Positions 1-9,980 of a stretch of DNA of 64,000 nt are shown here, piece after piece; the first letter of the stretch is position 1; every line of letters begins with the position of its first letter. The notes beneath the pieces were generated by a model. That model worked only from the letters and a program-made list of their open reading frames with translations, ran no database searches and had not been told where the DNA came from. A program made the translations under genes and the position numbers. This DNA is from an uncultured Actinomycetes bacterium. GTDB lineage: Bacteria; Actinomycetota; Thermoleophilia; UBA2241. The DNA lies in assembly GCA_963709345.1 (NCBI GenBank), contig CAVPVX010000007.1:288001-352000 (forward strand), in the 5' to 3' direction.

Positions 1-824
1 CGGAAGGCGTGGGACTCGAGCACTTCCATGCCCGGGAACAGAGACGCGAGGTTCGCGGCGATCAGCTGCTCGAGCCAGGTGAACCACTGCGCGTCGGGGC
101 CTGCGGCGTCCGCCGTCGCGCCCGCGGGGGCCGGCATCGGCACCAGGCGCGGCAGGGTGTCCGGCACCTTGACGCGTGCGAAGTGCTCGTCGCCGTTGGC
201 GTCGCGCGCGAGGACCCCGAGATTGTGGCTCATGTTCGAGATGTGGGGGAACGGACGCCCCGGGTCGAACGCCAGCGGCGTGAGCACCGGGAACACCTTC
301 GCCTCGTAGTACCCGTCGAGCGCGGCTCGCTGCGCCTCGTCGAGACTGCCGTAGTCGACGATGTGGATGCCGGCGGCGTCGAGTTCGGGACGGAGCTCGC
401 TGAAGCACTGGCGCGCCGCCTTCATGATGCCCCACGCCCGCTCCTGGGCGAGGGGCAGCAGCTTCTGCGGCGTGTAGCCGTCGGCCGAGGAGTCGGTGAC
501 GCCGGCCTCGACCTGCTGGCGCAGGCCGGCGATGCGCACCATGAAGAACTCGCCGAGGATGGACCCGACGATACCGACGAACTTCACCCGCTCAAGCAGC
601 GGGTTACGGGTGTCGCGAGCCTCATCGAGCACACGCTCGAAGAAGTCGAGCATGCTGAGCTCGCGGTTGATGTACAGCGCCGGGTCGCGAAGATCCGCGT
701 CGGTCGGCTCCACCGGCAGCGTCGCGTCGACGGAGAACTCCTCCTGCGACGCCGGCGTGGTCTGCTTCACCGCCTGCCGCCCGTGGTGCTCGTCGGCGCG
801 TGTACGGTCATCGGCCCCCCTCAC
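1..824 (-). CDS. ppk1: Polyphosphate kinase 1, 5' part (runs off window start)
   Basis: Manual minus-strand translation gives LYINRELSMLDFFERVLDEARDTRNPLLERVKF...EFFMVRIAGL and VFPVLTPLAFDPGRPFPHISN, the PPK1 N-terminal motifs. GTG at 824 follows a GAGGAGG RBS. Not in the ORF track. Confidence 0.92.
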   Translation of the reverse strand, partial: MRGADDRTRADEHHGRQAVKQTTPASQEEFSVDATLPVEPTDADLRDPALYINRELSMLDFFERVLDEARDTRNPLLERVKFVGIVGSILGEFFMVRIAGLRQQVEAGVTDSSADGYTPQKLLPLAQERAWGIMKAARQCFSELRPELDAAGIHIVDYGSLDEAQRAALDGYYEAKVFPVLTPLAFDPGRPFPHISNMSHNLGVLARDANGDEHFARVKVPDTLPRLVPMPAPAGATADAAGPDAQWFTWLEQLIAANLASLFPGMEVLESHAF

Positions 825-982
825 GGCACTCCTCCTCACTGCCGGAGCGGCATGCGCCCCGGCTCCCGTCGTCCGGAGTTGACAGTATACGCCCCGTTCG
901 TGGGTTTTCGGCGCGCACCGTACGCGCCGCGGCCGGTGGGACCGTCAGTGCGGTCTCACCGGCCGGCGAAGCGCTCGTGGCT

Positions 983-1216
983 TCAGACGAGGTTCTCGAC
1001 CCGGTCGACGCCGGGCACCACGTTCTTGAGGTGCCGCTCGACGCCGTTCGTGAGCGTGAGTTGCGACATGGGGCAGCCTGCGCAGGCGCCCTGGAGGCGT
1101 ACCTGCACGACGCCGTCGTCCAGCACGTCGATGAGCTCGATGTCGCCACCGTCGGCCTGGAGGGCGGGACGGATGTCGCCAAGGGCCTTCTCGACCTGTT
1201 CCTTGATCTCTGTCAT
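983..1216 (-). CDS. NifU/Nfu-like Fe-S scaffold protein
   Basis: IRPALQADGGDIELIDV...LQGACAGCPMSQLTL (NifU C-terminal CxxC domain). Confidence 0.9.
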   Translation of the reverse strand: MTEIKEQVEKALGDIRPALQADGGDIELIDVLDDGVVQVRLQGACAGCPMSQLTLTNGVERHLKNVVPGVDRVENLV

Positions 1217-1224
1217 AGGTGTGT

Positions 1225-1671
1225 TCACCTCCTCGTCGCCTGCCGGCGGCCGGGAGAGGCGGATACACGTCGCCGTGGATCGGCCAGGGCCGCGAACGTC
1301 ACAGCCTGCAGCTCCTCGGTCAGGAGCACTTCGACACCGTGCCAGAAGTCGTGGGTGTCGCACACGTCGCCGGCGCACGGCTCCGCCCGCTGGCGGCAGC
1401 GGCAGAGCAGGATGGGGCCTTCGGCGGCTTCGTAGACCTCGCGCACGGTGATGCGGTCGGCGGGGCGGGCAAGCATGACGCCGCCCTGCTGGCCGCGCTG
1501 CGTGCGCACCAGGCCGGCACGCGCCAGATCGCCGATGACCTTCGCGAGGCGCGGCACGGGGATGTGCTGCGCAGCGGCGATGTCGCCGGTGTGCAGCACC
1601 GTGCCGAACTCGTACCTGGAGAGCTCGTGGACCGCGCGCACCGCGTAATCCGCTTGCGTGGACAGCTTCAT
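1225..1671 (-). CDS. Rrf2-family transcriptional regulator
   Basis: MKLSTQADYAVRA...LARAGLVRTQRGQQGGVMLARPADRITVREVYEAAEG with a Cys cluster. Confidence 0.9.
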   Translation of the reverse strand: MKLSTQADYAVRAVHELSRYEFGTVLHTGDIAAAQHIPVPRLAKVIGDLARAGLVRTQRGQQGGVMLARPADRITVREVYEAAEGPILLCRCRQRAEPCAGDVCDTHDFWHGVEVLLTEELQAVTFAALADPRRRVSASPGRRQATRR

Positions 1672-1744
1672 GGTCTCTTTTTACCCGAAGTAGAAGAAAA
1701 TATCCACTTTGACCCGTGGCCGCCTCGCCACAGGCGGCGGGCGG

Positions 1745-2545
1745 TCAGACCTCGTCCCAGGCCCAGAGCAGGTTCTCGCGGTGGACGGCCTCGTACACGG
1801 CGTCGACCGCCGCCGTGCCGGCGGCGTCGAGGAACCGTGCCGGCGACAGGTCGAGCTCGCCGCGCGGGACTCCCCGCGCCTTCTCGGCCGCCACGGCCCT
1901 GTACACGCCAAGGATGTAGCTCTCATTGGCGTCGATGATGGTCTTGTCCATGGCCTTGCCGTGACTGGGAACGACGAGGTCGACGGGCAGCTGCTTGAGT
2001 CGGCGCAGCGTCGTCACCCACTTCTCCATTCCGTCTCGCTGCGCGAAGTTCGGCAGCGGCCACTCGACGGTGTCGCCGCCAAAAAGGATGCGCGCGCGCG
2101 TGAGGAACACCACCAGCGAGTCCTCGCTGTGCCCGGGGGTGTGGATCAGGTGGACCGACTCGTCGCGGTCCGCGTAGGTCAGCCGGTCGCCGAAGGTGAT
2201 CCCCGGCAGCGGCACCCCCTCCGCGGGCGGCAGGCGAACCATCTCGTACGCGCCGTCGAGCTGCGTCTGGATGAGCCGCGGACACACCTGCTGCGCCACG
2301 ATGTCCGCGTGGGCGAACGCCGCGTTGCCGTACACGTGGTCCCAGTGGTGGTGTGTGTTGACCACGACGAGACGGCGGCCGCTCGCGGAGACCGCCAGGA
2401 AGTCCAGGACGGGGCGCATGTCGTCGGGAGTCGTCAGGGTGTCGACGACGAAGGCGCGGCGCTCCGTCAGGATCACTCCGCAGACCGTAGGGAAGCCCTC
2501 GGCCGCGATCGCATGCGTCCAGATGCCCGGCGTCAGTTCCTTCAT
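1745..2545 (-). CDS. MBL-fold metallo-hydrolase
   Basis: NTHHHWDHVYGN motif; HTPGHSED; PSHG. Confidence 0.85.
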   Translation of the reverse strand: MKELTPGIWTHAIAAEGFPTVCGVILTERRAFVVDTLTTPDDMRPVLDFLAVSASGRRLVVVNTHHHWDHVYGNAAFAHADIVAQQVCPRLIQTQLDGAYEMVRLPPAEGVPLPGITFGDRLTYADRDESVHLIHTPGHSEDSLVVFLTRARILFGGDTVEWPLPNFAQRDGMEKWVTTLRRLKQLPVDLVVPSHGKAMDKTIIDANESYILGVYRAVAAEKARGVPRGELDLSPARFLDAAGTAAVDAVYEAVHRENLLWAWDEV

Positions 2546-2590
2546 CTCGCGTCCCGTCTGTCTGCGGCTGCGTTGCCCCGCCGGGGCCGG

Positions 2591-3814
2591 TCAGCCGACC
2601 TCGTGGATGCTCTCGGGCGCCAGCGTCAGGCGCTCCGGGGCGCTCCCGGTCACGACCCATGTGTTCTCGATACCCACCGCCCCCAGCCCGGGCAGCACGA
2701 ACTTCGGTTCGAGCGCGAACACCATACCCTCCTCGAGTTCGAGCGCGCTGCCCGTGAGGACGGGGAGCTCGTCGAGCTCGATGCCGAGGCCGTGGCCCAC
2801 GTACGGCACCTGGCCTGCGCCGGAGCCCATGAACCGCTCCGCAAGACCCGCCTCCGCGGCGGCGGCCACCGCCGCCTCCCAGACCGCGCGGCACGCCGCC
2901 CCGGGGCGCGCCGCGCCCACCGCCGCCGCCTGGACGGCGAGCGCCGCGTCGTGCGCCCGGCGCAGAGGCGCCGGCAGCGGGCCGATGGAGAAGGTGCGCG
3001 TGAAGTCGGCCATGTAGCCGTCGCGCACGGGGACGAAGTCGAAGACGATGGGCTCGCCGCGGCCGATGCGCCTGAAGCTCGCTCCTTGCGCTACGGAAGG
3101 GCTGAGGCCGGTGCCGGCGAGCGGTGTGTCCAGGTAGCTCGGCACGCAGCCGCTGACGCCGGTCAGCAGCTGCCCGTAGAACATCTCCTGATTGAAGCCG
3201 CGCATGCGGATGTAGCCCTCGTGGCCCAGACGGCGCGCCTCGGCCTCGACCCGGCCGGCGAACTCCACCTCCGTGAGGCCTTCGCGCAGGATCCCCGGGA
3301 TCAGGGCGCAGACGTCGTCGGCGACCTTCGCGGCGGCACGGATGCGCGCGACCTCCCAGGCGGACTTGACGGCGCGCCGGCGCACGATGTCGCGGCCGAC
3401 GTCCTCGAATACTGCGTCAGGCAGCAGGCGCTCGATCGCACGAAAGCGACTCACGGGCAGCACATCGAGCTCCAGCCCGACTCGCGCGGGCAGGTTCCCG
3501 TAGCGTTCCCTCAGAGCGTCGGGCAGCGCCTTTGGCGAGGCCGCTTCGACGATGCCGCCGAGCGCCGACTCGAGCCGCGCGCGCTCCGCCACCTTGCGCA
3601 CGAAGAGCGTCGCGTCGCCGACGGCCGGCACGTAGAGGTGCCCCTGCTGGATCGTGCCGGCGTAGTAGTACAGGTCGGCGTTCTGCACGATGACGGCCGC
3701 GTCCAGCCCGCGAGCGGCGAGCACGGTCTGGAGGTCCGCCAGTCGGGCCGCCAGCTCAGCCGCGGGGACCAGCGTTGCCGCGGGTTCGACGTAGCGCAGT
3801 TCGTCGCTGGTCAC
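2591..3814 (-). CDS. Xaa-Pro aminopeptidase (M24 family)
   Basis: YMADFTRT, GHGLGIELDELP, LEPK, GIENT metal-ligand motifs. Confidence 0.88.
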   Translation of the reverse strand: MTSDELRYVEPAATLVPAAELAARLADLQTVLAARGLDAAVIVQNADLYYYAGTIQQGHLYVPAVGDATLFVRKVAERARLESALGGIVEAASPKALPDALRERYGNLPARVGLELDVLPVSRFRAIERLLPDAVFEDVGRDIVRRRAVKSAWEVARIRAAAKVADDVCALIPGILREGLTEVEFAGRVEAEARRLGHEGYIRMRGFNQEMFYGQLLTGVSGCVPSYLDTPLAGTGLSPSVAQGASFRRIGRGEPIVFDFVPVRDGYMADFTRTFSIGPLPAPLRRAHDAALAVQAAAVGAARPGAACRAVWEAAVAAAAEAGLAERFMGSGAGQVPYVGHGLGIELDELPVLTGSALELEEGMVFALEPKFVLPGLGAVGIENTWVVTGSAPERLTLAPESIHEVG

Positions 3815-3827
3815 GAGACCGCCGCCG

Positions 3828-4805
3828 CTAGAGGACGAAGGACGTGACCCGCCACCACGCGACCGCGACGAGCACGAGGGCGATGCCGACGATGGCCAGG
3901 GTGTCGCCCGTGCCGAACCTGGCGCGCGGGTCCTTGCGGCCGCCGAGCATGAGCGCGTACATCGTCGCGGCGCCCACCAGCAGTCCGCCGATGTGCGCCT
4001 GCCAGGAGATCCGACCGGCCGAGAAGGTGAACACGAGGTTGATCACGAGCAGGAACACGACGTTGTTGAGCAGGGCGCGCGACTGGAAGTCGCGGCCGCG
4101 ATTGAGGAACGCGTGCACGGCGAGCGCGCCGAAGATGCCGAAGATCGCCCCGGAGGCGCCGACGACGAGGGAGTTCGCCGGCGCCGCCACGAGGACGAGC
4201 ACCGAGCCCGCGAACCCCGAGAGGAAGTAGAGGATGACGAACTTGACGCGCCCGACCGCCGCCTCCACGAACCCGCCGATCGCCCACAGCGCCCACATGT
4301 TGAAGGCGAGATGCAGGATGCCGTCGTGGAGGAACATGGAGGTGAAAAGACGCCAGTACTCATGATCGACCAGTACGTACGGGATGTACAACGCCCCGAT
4401 ATCGGCCATCGCCTGGCCGGAGCCGCCCCCCATGATGCGCGAGGCGCCGGTGACGAGCTCGACGACGAACATGATGAAGTTGAGCGCCAGGAGGATCTTG
4501 GTCGCCGACCAGCCGGCCGGCGCGCCGACGCCCCCCGAACTCCAGCGCGAACGGATCTGGCCGCGCGTGATGACCGTGGGGCGCGTGCCCCCCGCGTTCT
4601 GCTGCCGCATGCAGTCCGGGCAGCGGAAGCCGACGGGCGCCGGGATCATGCACTCGTGGCAGATGGGGTTACCGCAGTTCGTGCACGACACGCCGGTCTC
4701 GCGGTCGGGGTGCCGGTAGCAGTACCGGACCTCGAGGTCGCCGGGCATCTGCGTGTCGAAGTCCGGGGGCAGGTCGCCGCCGGCCGGTCGCAGAGGGCTG
4801 CTCAC
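3828..4805 (-). CDS. Rhomboid intramembrane serine protease with N-terminal zinc-finger
   Basis: CYRHPDRETGVSCTNCGNPICHEC; WRLFTSMFLH, HLAFNM, GASGAIFG, AHIGG. GTG start overlaps the upstream stop; ends in TAG. Confidence 0.9.
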   Translation of the reverse strand: MSSPLRPAGGDLPPDFDTQMPGDLEVRYCYRHPDRETGVSCTNCGNPICHECMIPAPVGFRCPDCMRQQNAGGTRPTVITRGQIRSRWSSGGVGAPAGWSATKILLALNFIMFVVELVTGASRIMGGGSGQAMADIGALYIPYVLVDHEYWRLFTSMFLHDGILHLAFNMWALWAIGGFVEAAVGRVKFVILYFLSGFAGSVLVLVAAPANSLVVGASGAIFGIFGALAVHAFLNRGRDFQSRALLNNVVFLLVINLVFTFSAGRISWQAHIGGLLVGAATMYALMLGGRKDPRARFGTGDTLAIVGIALVLVAVAWWRVTSFVL

Positions 4806-5248
4806 GCCGGCGCTCCCGCAACGTCGGGGAGGCGCGCGAAGAGGTCGCGCAGCCATGCCGGCATGGCGATGGCGCGGCCCGTCTCGCGCTCGCACACCGC
4901 GAGCCGCGTGAAGCCGGTTACGAGCAGCAGGCCGTCGTCGCGCGTGACCTCGTAGTCGAAGGCGAAGGAAGCCGGGCCGACGGAGTCCAGGCCGGCCGAG
5001 ACGGTGAGGAGATCGTCGAGGCGCGCGGGGCGCAGGTACTTGAGCCGCGCCTCGACGACCGGCAGCAGGAGGCCGCGTGCCTCGATGTCGGTGATGGGGT
5101 GGCCGAGCGCGCGGAGAAGCTCCACGCGCACGACCTCGAAATAGGTGAGGTAGTTGCCGTAGTAGACGACGCCGGCGGCGTCGGTCTCGGCGTAGCGCAC
5201 GCGCACGCGCGTCGCGAATCGGGGCTGTGACGGCTGCGGCGTGCTCAC
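4802..5248 (-). CDS. Acyl-CoA thioesterase (YbgC/4HBT hot-dog fold)
   Basis: RVRYAETDAAGVVYYGNYLTYFE motif; start inferred at GTG 5248. Confidence 0.85.
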   Translation of the reverse strand: MSTPQPSQPRFATRVRVRYAETDAAGVVYYGNYLTYFEVVRVELLRALGHPITDIEARGLLLPVVEARLKYLRPARLDDLLTVSAGLDSVGPASFAFDYEVTRDDGLLLVTGFTRLAVCERETGRAIAMPAWLRDLFARLPDVAGAPA

Positions 5249-5331
5249 GCCCCCGAGTGTAGCACGGCGCCGGGGACGGTACGCACCACCGGCCCCGCGC
5301 TCCCCGCCTCGCCGGCCGCGGCCCCGGACGG

Positions 5332-5367
5332 CGGGAGGGCGGGGCGCCGAAGCGCCCCGCCCTCCCG
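5332..5367 (-). terminator. GC-rich hairpin downstream of the aminotransferase
   Basis: CGGGAGGGCGGGGCGC-CGAA-GCGCCCCGCCCTCCCG, a 16-bp perfect inverted repeat. Confidence 0.6.
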
Positions 5368-5391
5368 GACGGACCAGCCTGAGGCCTGGGA

Positions 5392-6666
5392 TCAGGCGAA
5401 CGCCACCTTGGCGGCCTCGTCGAAGATCCCGAGTGCGACGTCCATGTCCGCGTCGCTGATGTTGAGCTGCGGGAGGAAGCGCACGCAGTTGCCGAAGGCG
5501 CCGGCGCCCATGAGGATGAGCTTGCGCTTGCTGCACTCGGCGATGAAGGCCTTGGACGCCGCGGCGTTGGGCTCTTTGGTGCCGGGGTTGACGCACTCGA
5601 TGGCGGCCATGAGGCCCTTGCCGCGCACCTCGCCGATGCACGGGTACTGCGCCTGCTTGTCACGGAAGAAGCCCATGAGCTTCTCGCCCTGCTTGGCGGC
5701 GTTCGCCAGCGTGCCGTCTTCTTTCATCGCGGCGATGGTGGCGACGGCGGCGGCGCACGCCACGGCGTTACCGCCGTAGGTGCCGCCCATTGAACCGGGC
5801 AGGCACTTGTCCCAGAGCTCGTGGCCGGCGGCGATGGCGCCCAGCGGGTAGCCCGAGGCGATGCCCTTGGCGACGGTGACGATGTCCGGCCTCACGCCGT
5901 AGTGCTCGTGGCAGAACCAGGCGCCGGTGCGGCCCATGCCGGCCTGGATCTCGTCGATGACAAGGCAGGCGCCGATCTCGTCGGCGATGAGGCGCAGCTC
6001 CTGCATGAACTCCTTGGTCGGGACGATGAAGCCGCCCTCGCCCTGGATCGGCTCGACGATGATCGCGGCCACATCGTCGCCGTAGATCTCGGCGCGCAGC
6101 ACGCGGCGCACGTCCTCGATCGCGTACGCGGTCGGGTCTTCGCTGGCGGGAGTGCGGAACGGATAGCAGTACCGCGCGTGGTAGATGCCGCCGACAAGAG
6201 GCTCGTGGTGGCCGCGGTAGTGCACCGCCGAGTCGGTGAGCGCCATGGTGAGGTGTGTGCGGCCGTGGAAGGCGCCTTGGAACGCGATGACGCCCGGCCG
6301 GCGCGTGACCTGCTTGGCCAGCTTGATCGCGTTCTCGACCGCCTCGGCGCCCGAGTTGGCGAACATGACCTCGCCCATGCCGTCCGGCAGGATCTCGACG
6401 AGGTCCTTGGCCAGCTCGAGCATCGGGCCGTGGCGGTAGATGTTCATCTGCGCGTGCGGCACCTTCGCCGCCTGCTCCTGCACCGCTTTGACGACCTTGG
6501 GGTGGCAGTGGCCGGTGTTGACCACGGCGATGCCCATGACGAAGTCGAGCCACTTGCTGCCGTCCGTGGCGTAGACCCAACTGCCTTCGGCGTGATCGAT
6601 CGTGATCGGCGCGACCGGACCGAGGAAGTGGGGCATGTGTTCCATGTGCGCGGGCTTGTCCGACAT
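5392..6666 (-). CDS. Class III PLP aminotransferase (4-aminobutyrate aminotransferase-like)
   Basis: NSGAEAVENAIK, FHGRT, EPIQGEGG, DEIQAGMGRTG, AKGIASG, GGTYGGN. Confidence 0.9.
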   Translation of the reverse strand: MSDKPAHMEHMPHFLGPVAPITIDHAEGSWVYATDGSKWLDFVMGIAVVNTGHCHPKVVKAVQEQAAKVPHAQMNIYRHGPMLELAKDLVEILPDGMGEVMFANSGAEAVENAIKLAKQVTRRPGVIAFQGAFHGRTHLTMALTDSAVHYRGHHEPLVGGIYHARYCYPFRTPASEDPTAYAIEDVRRVLRAEIYGDDVAAIIVEPIQGEGGFIVPTKEFMQELRLIADEIGACLVIDEIQAGMGRTGAWFCHEHYGVRPDIVTVAKGIASGYPLGAIAAGHELWDKCLPGSMGGTYGGNAVACAAAVATIAAMKEDGTLANAAKQGEKLMGFFRDKQAQYPCIGEVRGKGLMAAIECVNPGTKEPNAAASKAFIAECSKRKLILMGAGAFGNCVRFLPQLNISDADMDVALGIFDEAAKVAFA

Positions 6667-6866
6667 GTAGTGACCTCCAGCTCAGACCGTACTTCTACCA
6701 AGACGTGACGGCCCGGCGACGGGCGCCGGCCCAGCGAGAGACGCGCGACGCAGCCGACGGGAACAGGCCGCTCGAACCCCATGGCTCGCTGCGCTCACTG
6801 TACCAGAGCCAGAAGGGCTCACACGCTCCAATGCACCACGTGCGGGACACGATGTCCGCGTTTCCT

Positions 6867-6883
6867 TTGGACAACATGTCCAA
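6867..6883. promoter_or_regulatory. Inverted-repeat operator candidate
   Basis: TTGGACA-ACA-TGTCCAA in the divergent intergenic region. Confidence 0.45.
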
Positions 6884-6915
6884 TGCGCGACTCTGTTGAC
6901 TTGTGCGCGAGTGTG

Positions 6916-6961
6916 TTGACAGGGACGCTTCGAGGCGAGAGAATCGTGACGGAATTCACAG
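6916..6961 (+). promoter_or_regulatory. sigma70-like promoter plus Rex-type operator
   Basis: TTGACA(6916)-N17-GAGAAT(6939), overlapped by TCGTGA-CGGAAT-TCACAG (6944-6961), close to Rex consensus TTGTGA-N6-TCACAA, directly upstream of rex. Confidence 0.6.
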
Positions 6962-7017
6962 CGTTCCTTCTGTAACGGCGCCCGCGCCGCGAGACCACGA
7001 GCATCCCGGGAGCCCAC

Positions 7018-8058
7018 GTGGTATCGAGAAAGACCGTGTCACGCATGAGTCGCTACCGGCGGCTGCTCACCTCGCTGCGCCAGAGCGGCGTGGAGAGCAT
7101 CTACTCTCACCAGCTCGCGAGACACGCCGTCGTCAGCGCCGCCCAGGTGCGCCGTGACCTCATGGCCATCGGGTACTCCGGCAGTCCCAACAAGGGCTAC
7201 GACGTCGACGCCTGCATCGACAGCATCGGCTGCTTCCTCGACGGCACCGGGCGACAGGAAGTCGCGCTGGTCGGGGTCGGCAACCTCGGGCGCGCCGTGC
7301 TCGCCCATTTTGCCGGGAAGAGCCCTGCGGTGGCTATCGTGGCCGCCTTCGACGTCGACCCGGCGCTCACGGACACGGTCATCCACGGCGTGCGCTGCTT
7401 CGACGCCTCGCGCATCGAGACGCTCGTGCGCGACCTCTGCACAGAGATCGCCGTGCTCACCGTGCCCGGCGAGAGCGCCCAGCAGGTCGCCGACACGCTC
7501 GTCCTCGCCGGGGTCAAGAGCCTCATCAGTTTCGCCCCGGTTCCCCTGCATCTACCCAACGAAGTCTTCGTCGAGTACATGGACATCACCGCGGCGCTTG
7601 AATCGGCTGCGTACTTCGCCCGGCTGGGCGGGCGCGAGGAACCGCCCACGAACGGCGACGGCGACATCGAACCCATGGTCAAGAAGCTCGAATCCCTTCT
7701 GGCGAGGTCACGGATGAAACTGGAAGATCTGGCCCGCGGTATCGGAGCCGTCATCATCACCCCCGGGAAGCCGGGCGGCACCACGGTCGCGAAGATCTAC
7801 GCGGGCGACCGGGTCAGCGACCTGCTGAACGAGGCGTCAGACGAGACGCTCCTCGTCAGCAACCTCGCGAGCGTCCAGATGCTGCGCGTCGCGGAGCTCA
7901 TGGACGTGCCCGGCATCTGCTTCGTCAACGGCGTAGAACCGGACGACGAGATGGTCCAGCTCGCCAGGGAGAACGCCACGCTCCTCATGGTGTCGCCGCA
8001 GGGTGTGTTCGAGACCTGCGGCCTCATCTACCAGCACCTCGGCGGAGACCTCGCCTGA
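7018..8058 (+). CDS. rex: Redox-sensing repressor Rex fused to a C-terminal DRTGG-like domain
   Basis: SAAQVRRDL...GYDV and VGVGNLGRA Rex motifs; C-terminal IYAGDRVSDLLN...VAELMDVPGICFVNG...FETCGLIY is DRTGG-like. Confidence 0.88.
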   Translation: MVSRKTVSRMSRYRRLLTSLRQSGVESIYSHQLARHAVVSAAQVRRDLMAIGYSGSPNKGYDVDACIDSIGCFLDGTGRQEVALVGVGNLGRAVLAHFAGKSPAVAIVAAFDVDPALTDTVIHGVRCFDASRIETLVRDLCTEIAVLTVPGESAQQVADTLVLAGVKSLISFAPVPLHLPNEVFVEYMDITAALESAAYFARLGGREEPPTNGDGDIEPMVKKLESLLARSRMKLEDLARGIGAVIITPGKPGGTTVAKIYAGDRVSDLLNEASDETLLVSNLASVQMLRVAELMDVPGICFVNGVEPDDEMVQLARENATLLMVSPQGVFETCGLIYQHLGGDLA

Positions 8059-8061
8059 GCC

Positions 8062-9630
8062 ATGGAGCACCTGGTCTACGACATCCGCAGCGGAGACTTC
8101 ACCAGCGCCGGCGCCGCGTCGCGCGACCTCAAGCAGCACCTCAAGCGCATCGGCGCGGAGAGCGACGCCGTCCGCCGCGCGATGATCGCCGCGTACGAGG
8201 CCGAGATGAACGTGGTGATCCATACCGCCGACGGCGGACGGCTCGAGGCGGCGGTCAGCGACGGCCAGCTCGACGTCGACGTCGTCGACCGCGGACCGGG
8301 CATCACCGACGTGAGCGAGGCCATGCGCGAGGGCTGGTCGACGGCCACCGCCGAAGCCCGGGCGCTCGGCTTCGGGGCGGGTATGGGTCTGCCCAACATC
8401 GAGCGCAACAGCGACCGCATGACTCTCTCGTCGGTGGTTGGAGAGGGCACGCGCGTGAGCTTCTCCGTCGCGCTCCGTCCGGAGGCCGCAGACCAGGGAG
8501 CGCGGCCGTCGTCGCTCGGCGTCGCCGCCGAACTCTGCACCGAGTGCCGGCACTGCCTGACGGCCTGTCCGACGGCCGCCATCCGCGTGCGCGAGGCGCG
8601 GCCGTCGGTCCTCGACCATCTCTGCATCGACTGCACCTGCTGCATAGCCGCCTGCGCGCCCGGCGCGCTGACGATGCTGGACGCACCCGGCGGGTTCGGC
8701 GGCGACGATGCCGTGCTGGTCGTCCCCCCCGCGCTGCTCGCCGGATTCGGCGAGCACTCGGTCGAGGCGGTCACCGAAGAGCTGCGCGGCCTCGGCTACA
8801 CCGAGGTCGTCTCGGCGCACAGCTACGAGGACGACCTCCGCCGGGCGGTGCTCGAGTTCGCCGGCGAGTGCGGCGAAGGAGCGCCCGTCATCTCCCCCGT
8901 CTGCCCCGCCGTCGTCAATCTGATCGAGGTCAAGTTCCCATCGCTCGTCGGGCACCTCGCCCCCTTGGCATCGCCCTGGGAGGCGGCGCAGGCCGACCTC
9001 TCGGGCCGCGCCGTGACCTTCGCCGTCTCATGTCCGAGCCAGCGTAGCGCGCTCCTCGCGCAGCAGCCGACCGCCCAGCGCGACACCGTGACCGTGAGCG
9101 CCGTGCGCGACGCCGTGCTGCCGCGTCTTGCGGCACGCCCCGCTCCGACCGCCTGTACCAACACCACGCGCCCGCAGGCCGCCGGCGCCGACGATCTGCT
9201 CCTCGTGACCGGCGTCTCCCATGTCCTCGCTGTGCTCGAGGCCGTGGAGGACGGTCGCCTGCCCGGCGTCACCGCCGTCGAGCCGTACATCTGCGACGGC
9301 GGCTGCTTCGGCTCGCCGCTGCTCGGCGAAGACGCCTACGTCGCCGCCTGGCGCTGGGCCGCCGTCGGCGGCGCCACGGCCGGAGACCGCGCTTGCCACC
9401 CGCGCACGCGACCGTACCGGCCCCGCCCCGGCATCCGCCTCGATGCCGACATGGCCGTCGCCATCCGCAAGCTCACGGAACTCGATGCCGAGACCCGAGC
9501 GCTGCCCGGCAAGGACTGCGGCGTCTGTGGCGCCCCCACGTGCGCCGCGCTCGCCGAAGACATCGTCATGGGGCGCGCGGTACGTGCCCTCTGCCCGTGC
9601 GTCGCCCCAGAGGAAGAGAGGCTGTCATGA
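8062..9630 (+). CDS. RsbT-like Ser/Thr kinase fused to a degenerate [FeFe]-hydrogenase-like Fe-S domain
   Basis: AAYEAEMNVVIH, DRGPGI, GFGAGMGLPNI; two CxxCxxCxxxCP-type motifs; SPVCPAVV; CDGGC; C-terminal LPGKDCGVCGAPTC. Confidence 0.8.
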   Translation: MEHLVYDIRSGDFTSAGAASRDLKQHLKRIGAESDAVRRAMIAAYEAEMNVVIHTADGGRLEAAVSDGQLDVDVVDRGPGITDVSEAMREGWSTATAEARALGFGAGMGLPNIERNSDRMTLSSVVGEGTRVSFSVALRPEAADQGARPSSLGVAAELCTECRHCLTACPTAAIRVREARPSVLDHLCIDCTCCIAACAPGALTMLDAPGGFGGDDAVLVVPPALLAGFGEHSVEAVTEELRGLGYTEVVSAHSYEDDLRRAVLEFAGECGEGAPVISPVCPAVVNLIEVKFPSLVGHLAPLASPWEAAQADLSGRAVTFAVSCPSQRSALLAQQPTAQRDTVTVSAVRDAVLPRLAARPAPTACTNTTRPQAAGADDLLLVTGVSHVLAVLEAVEDGRLPGVTAVEPYICDGGCFGSPLLGEDAYVAAWRWAAVGGATAGDRACHPRTRPYRPRPGIRLDADMAVAIRKLTELDAETRALPGKDCGVCGAPTCAALAEDIVMGRAVRALCPCVAPEEERLS

Positions 9631-9980
9631 AGCTCGACGACATTGCCAGCGAGCTCGGATTCACCGAGCTCACACCCGACGCGGCCGGCAACCGGGAGAC
9701 CGAGATCGACCACGGGTACGCCTCCGACCTGCTCAGCGATGTGCTGGCGCACGCGCCGGAGGACGGGCTGCTCGTCACCCTGCAGGTCCACCTGAACGTC
9801 ATCGCGGTCGCCAGCCACGCCGAACTCGCCGCCGTGGTCTTCGCCGGCGGTCGCAGGCCCGACGACAACGTGCTCGCGAAGGCTGTCGCGGAGGGCCTCT
9901 CCCTGTATTCGTCGCCGGCTGACACCTTCGACATCGTCGGCCGCCTCTACGCCCTCGGGGTGAAAGGGACTCATGCGTGA
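9627..9980 (+). CDS. DRTGG-domain protein
   Basis: GYASDLLSDVLA...VTLQVHLNVIAVA; ATGA overlap with the previous gene. Confidence 0.8.
   Translation: MKLDDIASELGFTELTPDAAGNRETEIDHGYASDLLSDVLAHAPEDGLLVTLQVHLNVIAVASHAELAAVVFAGGRRPDDNVLAKAVAEGLSLYSSPADTFDIVGRLYALGVKGTHA

Noticed and set aside
9-1451. 480-aa plus-strand ORF, and many other long antisense ORFs (e.g. 12141-15329, 21336-23705, 60021-63407)
   Set aside because: Shadow frames of real genes on the opposite strand (ppk1, hydB, mtbB) in GC-rich DNA; they have no motifs of their own
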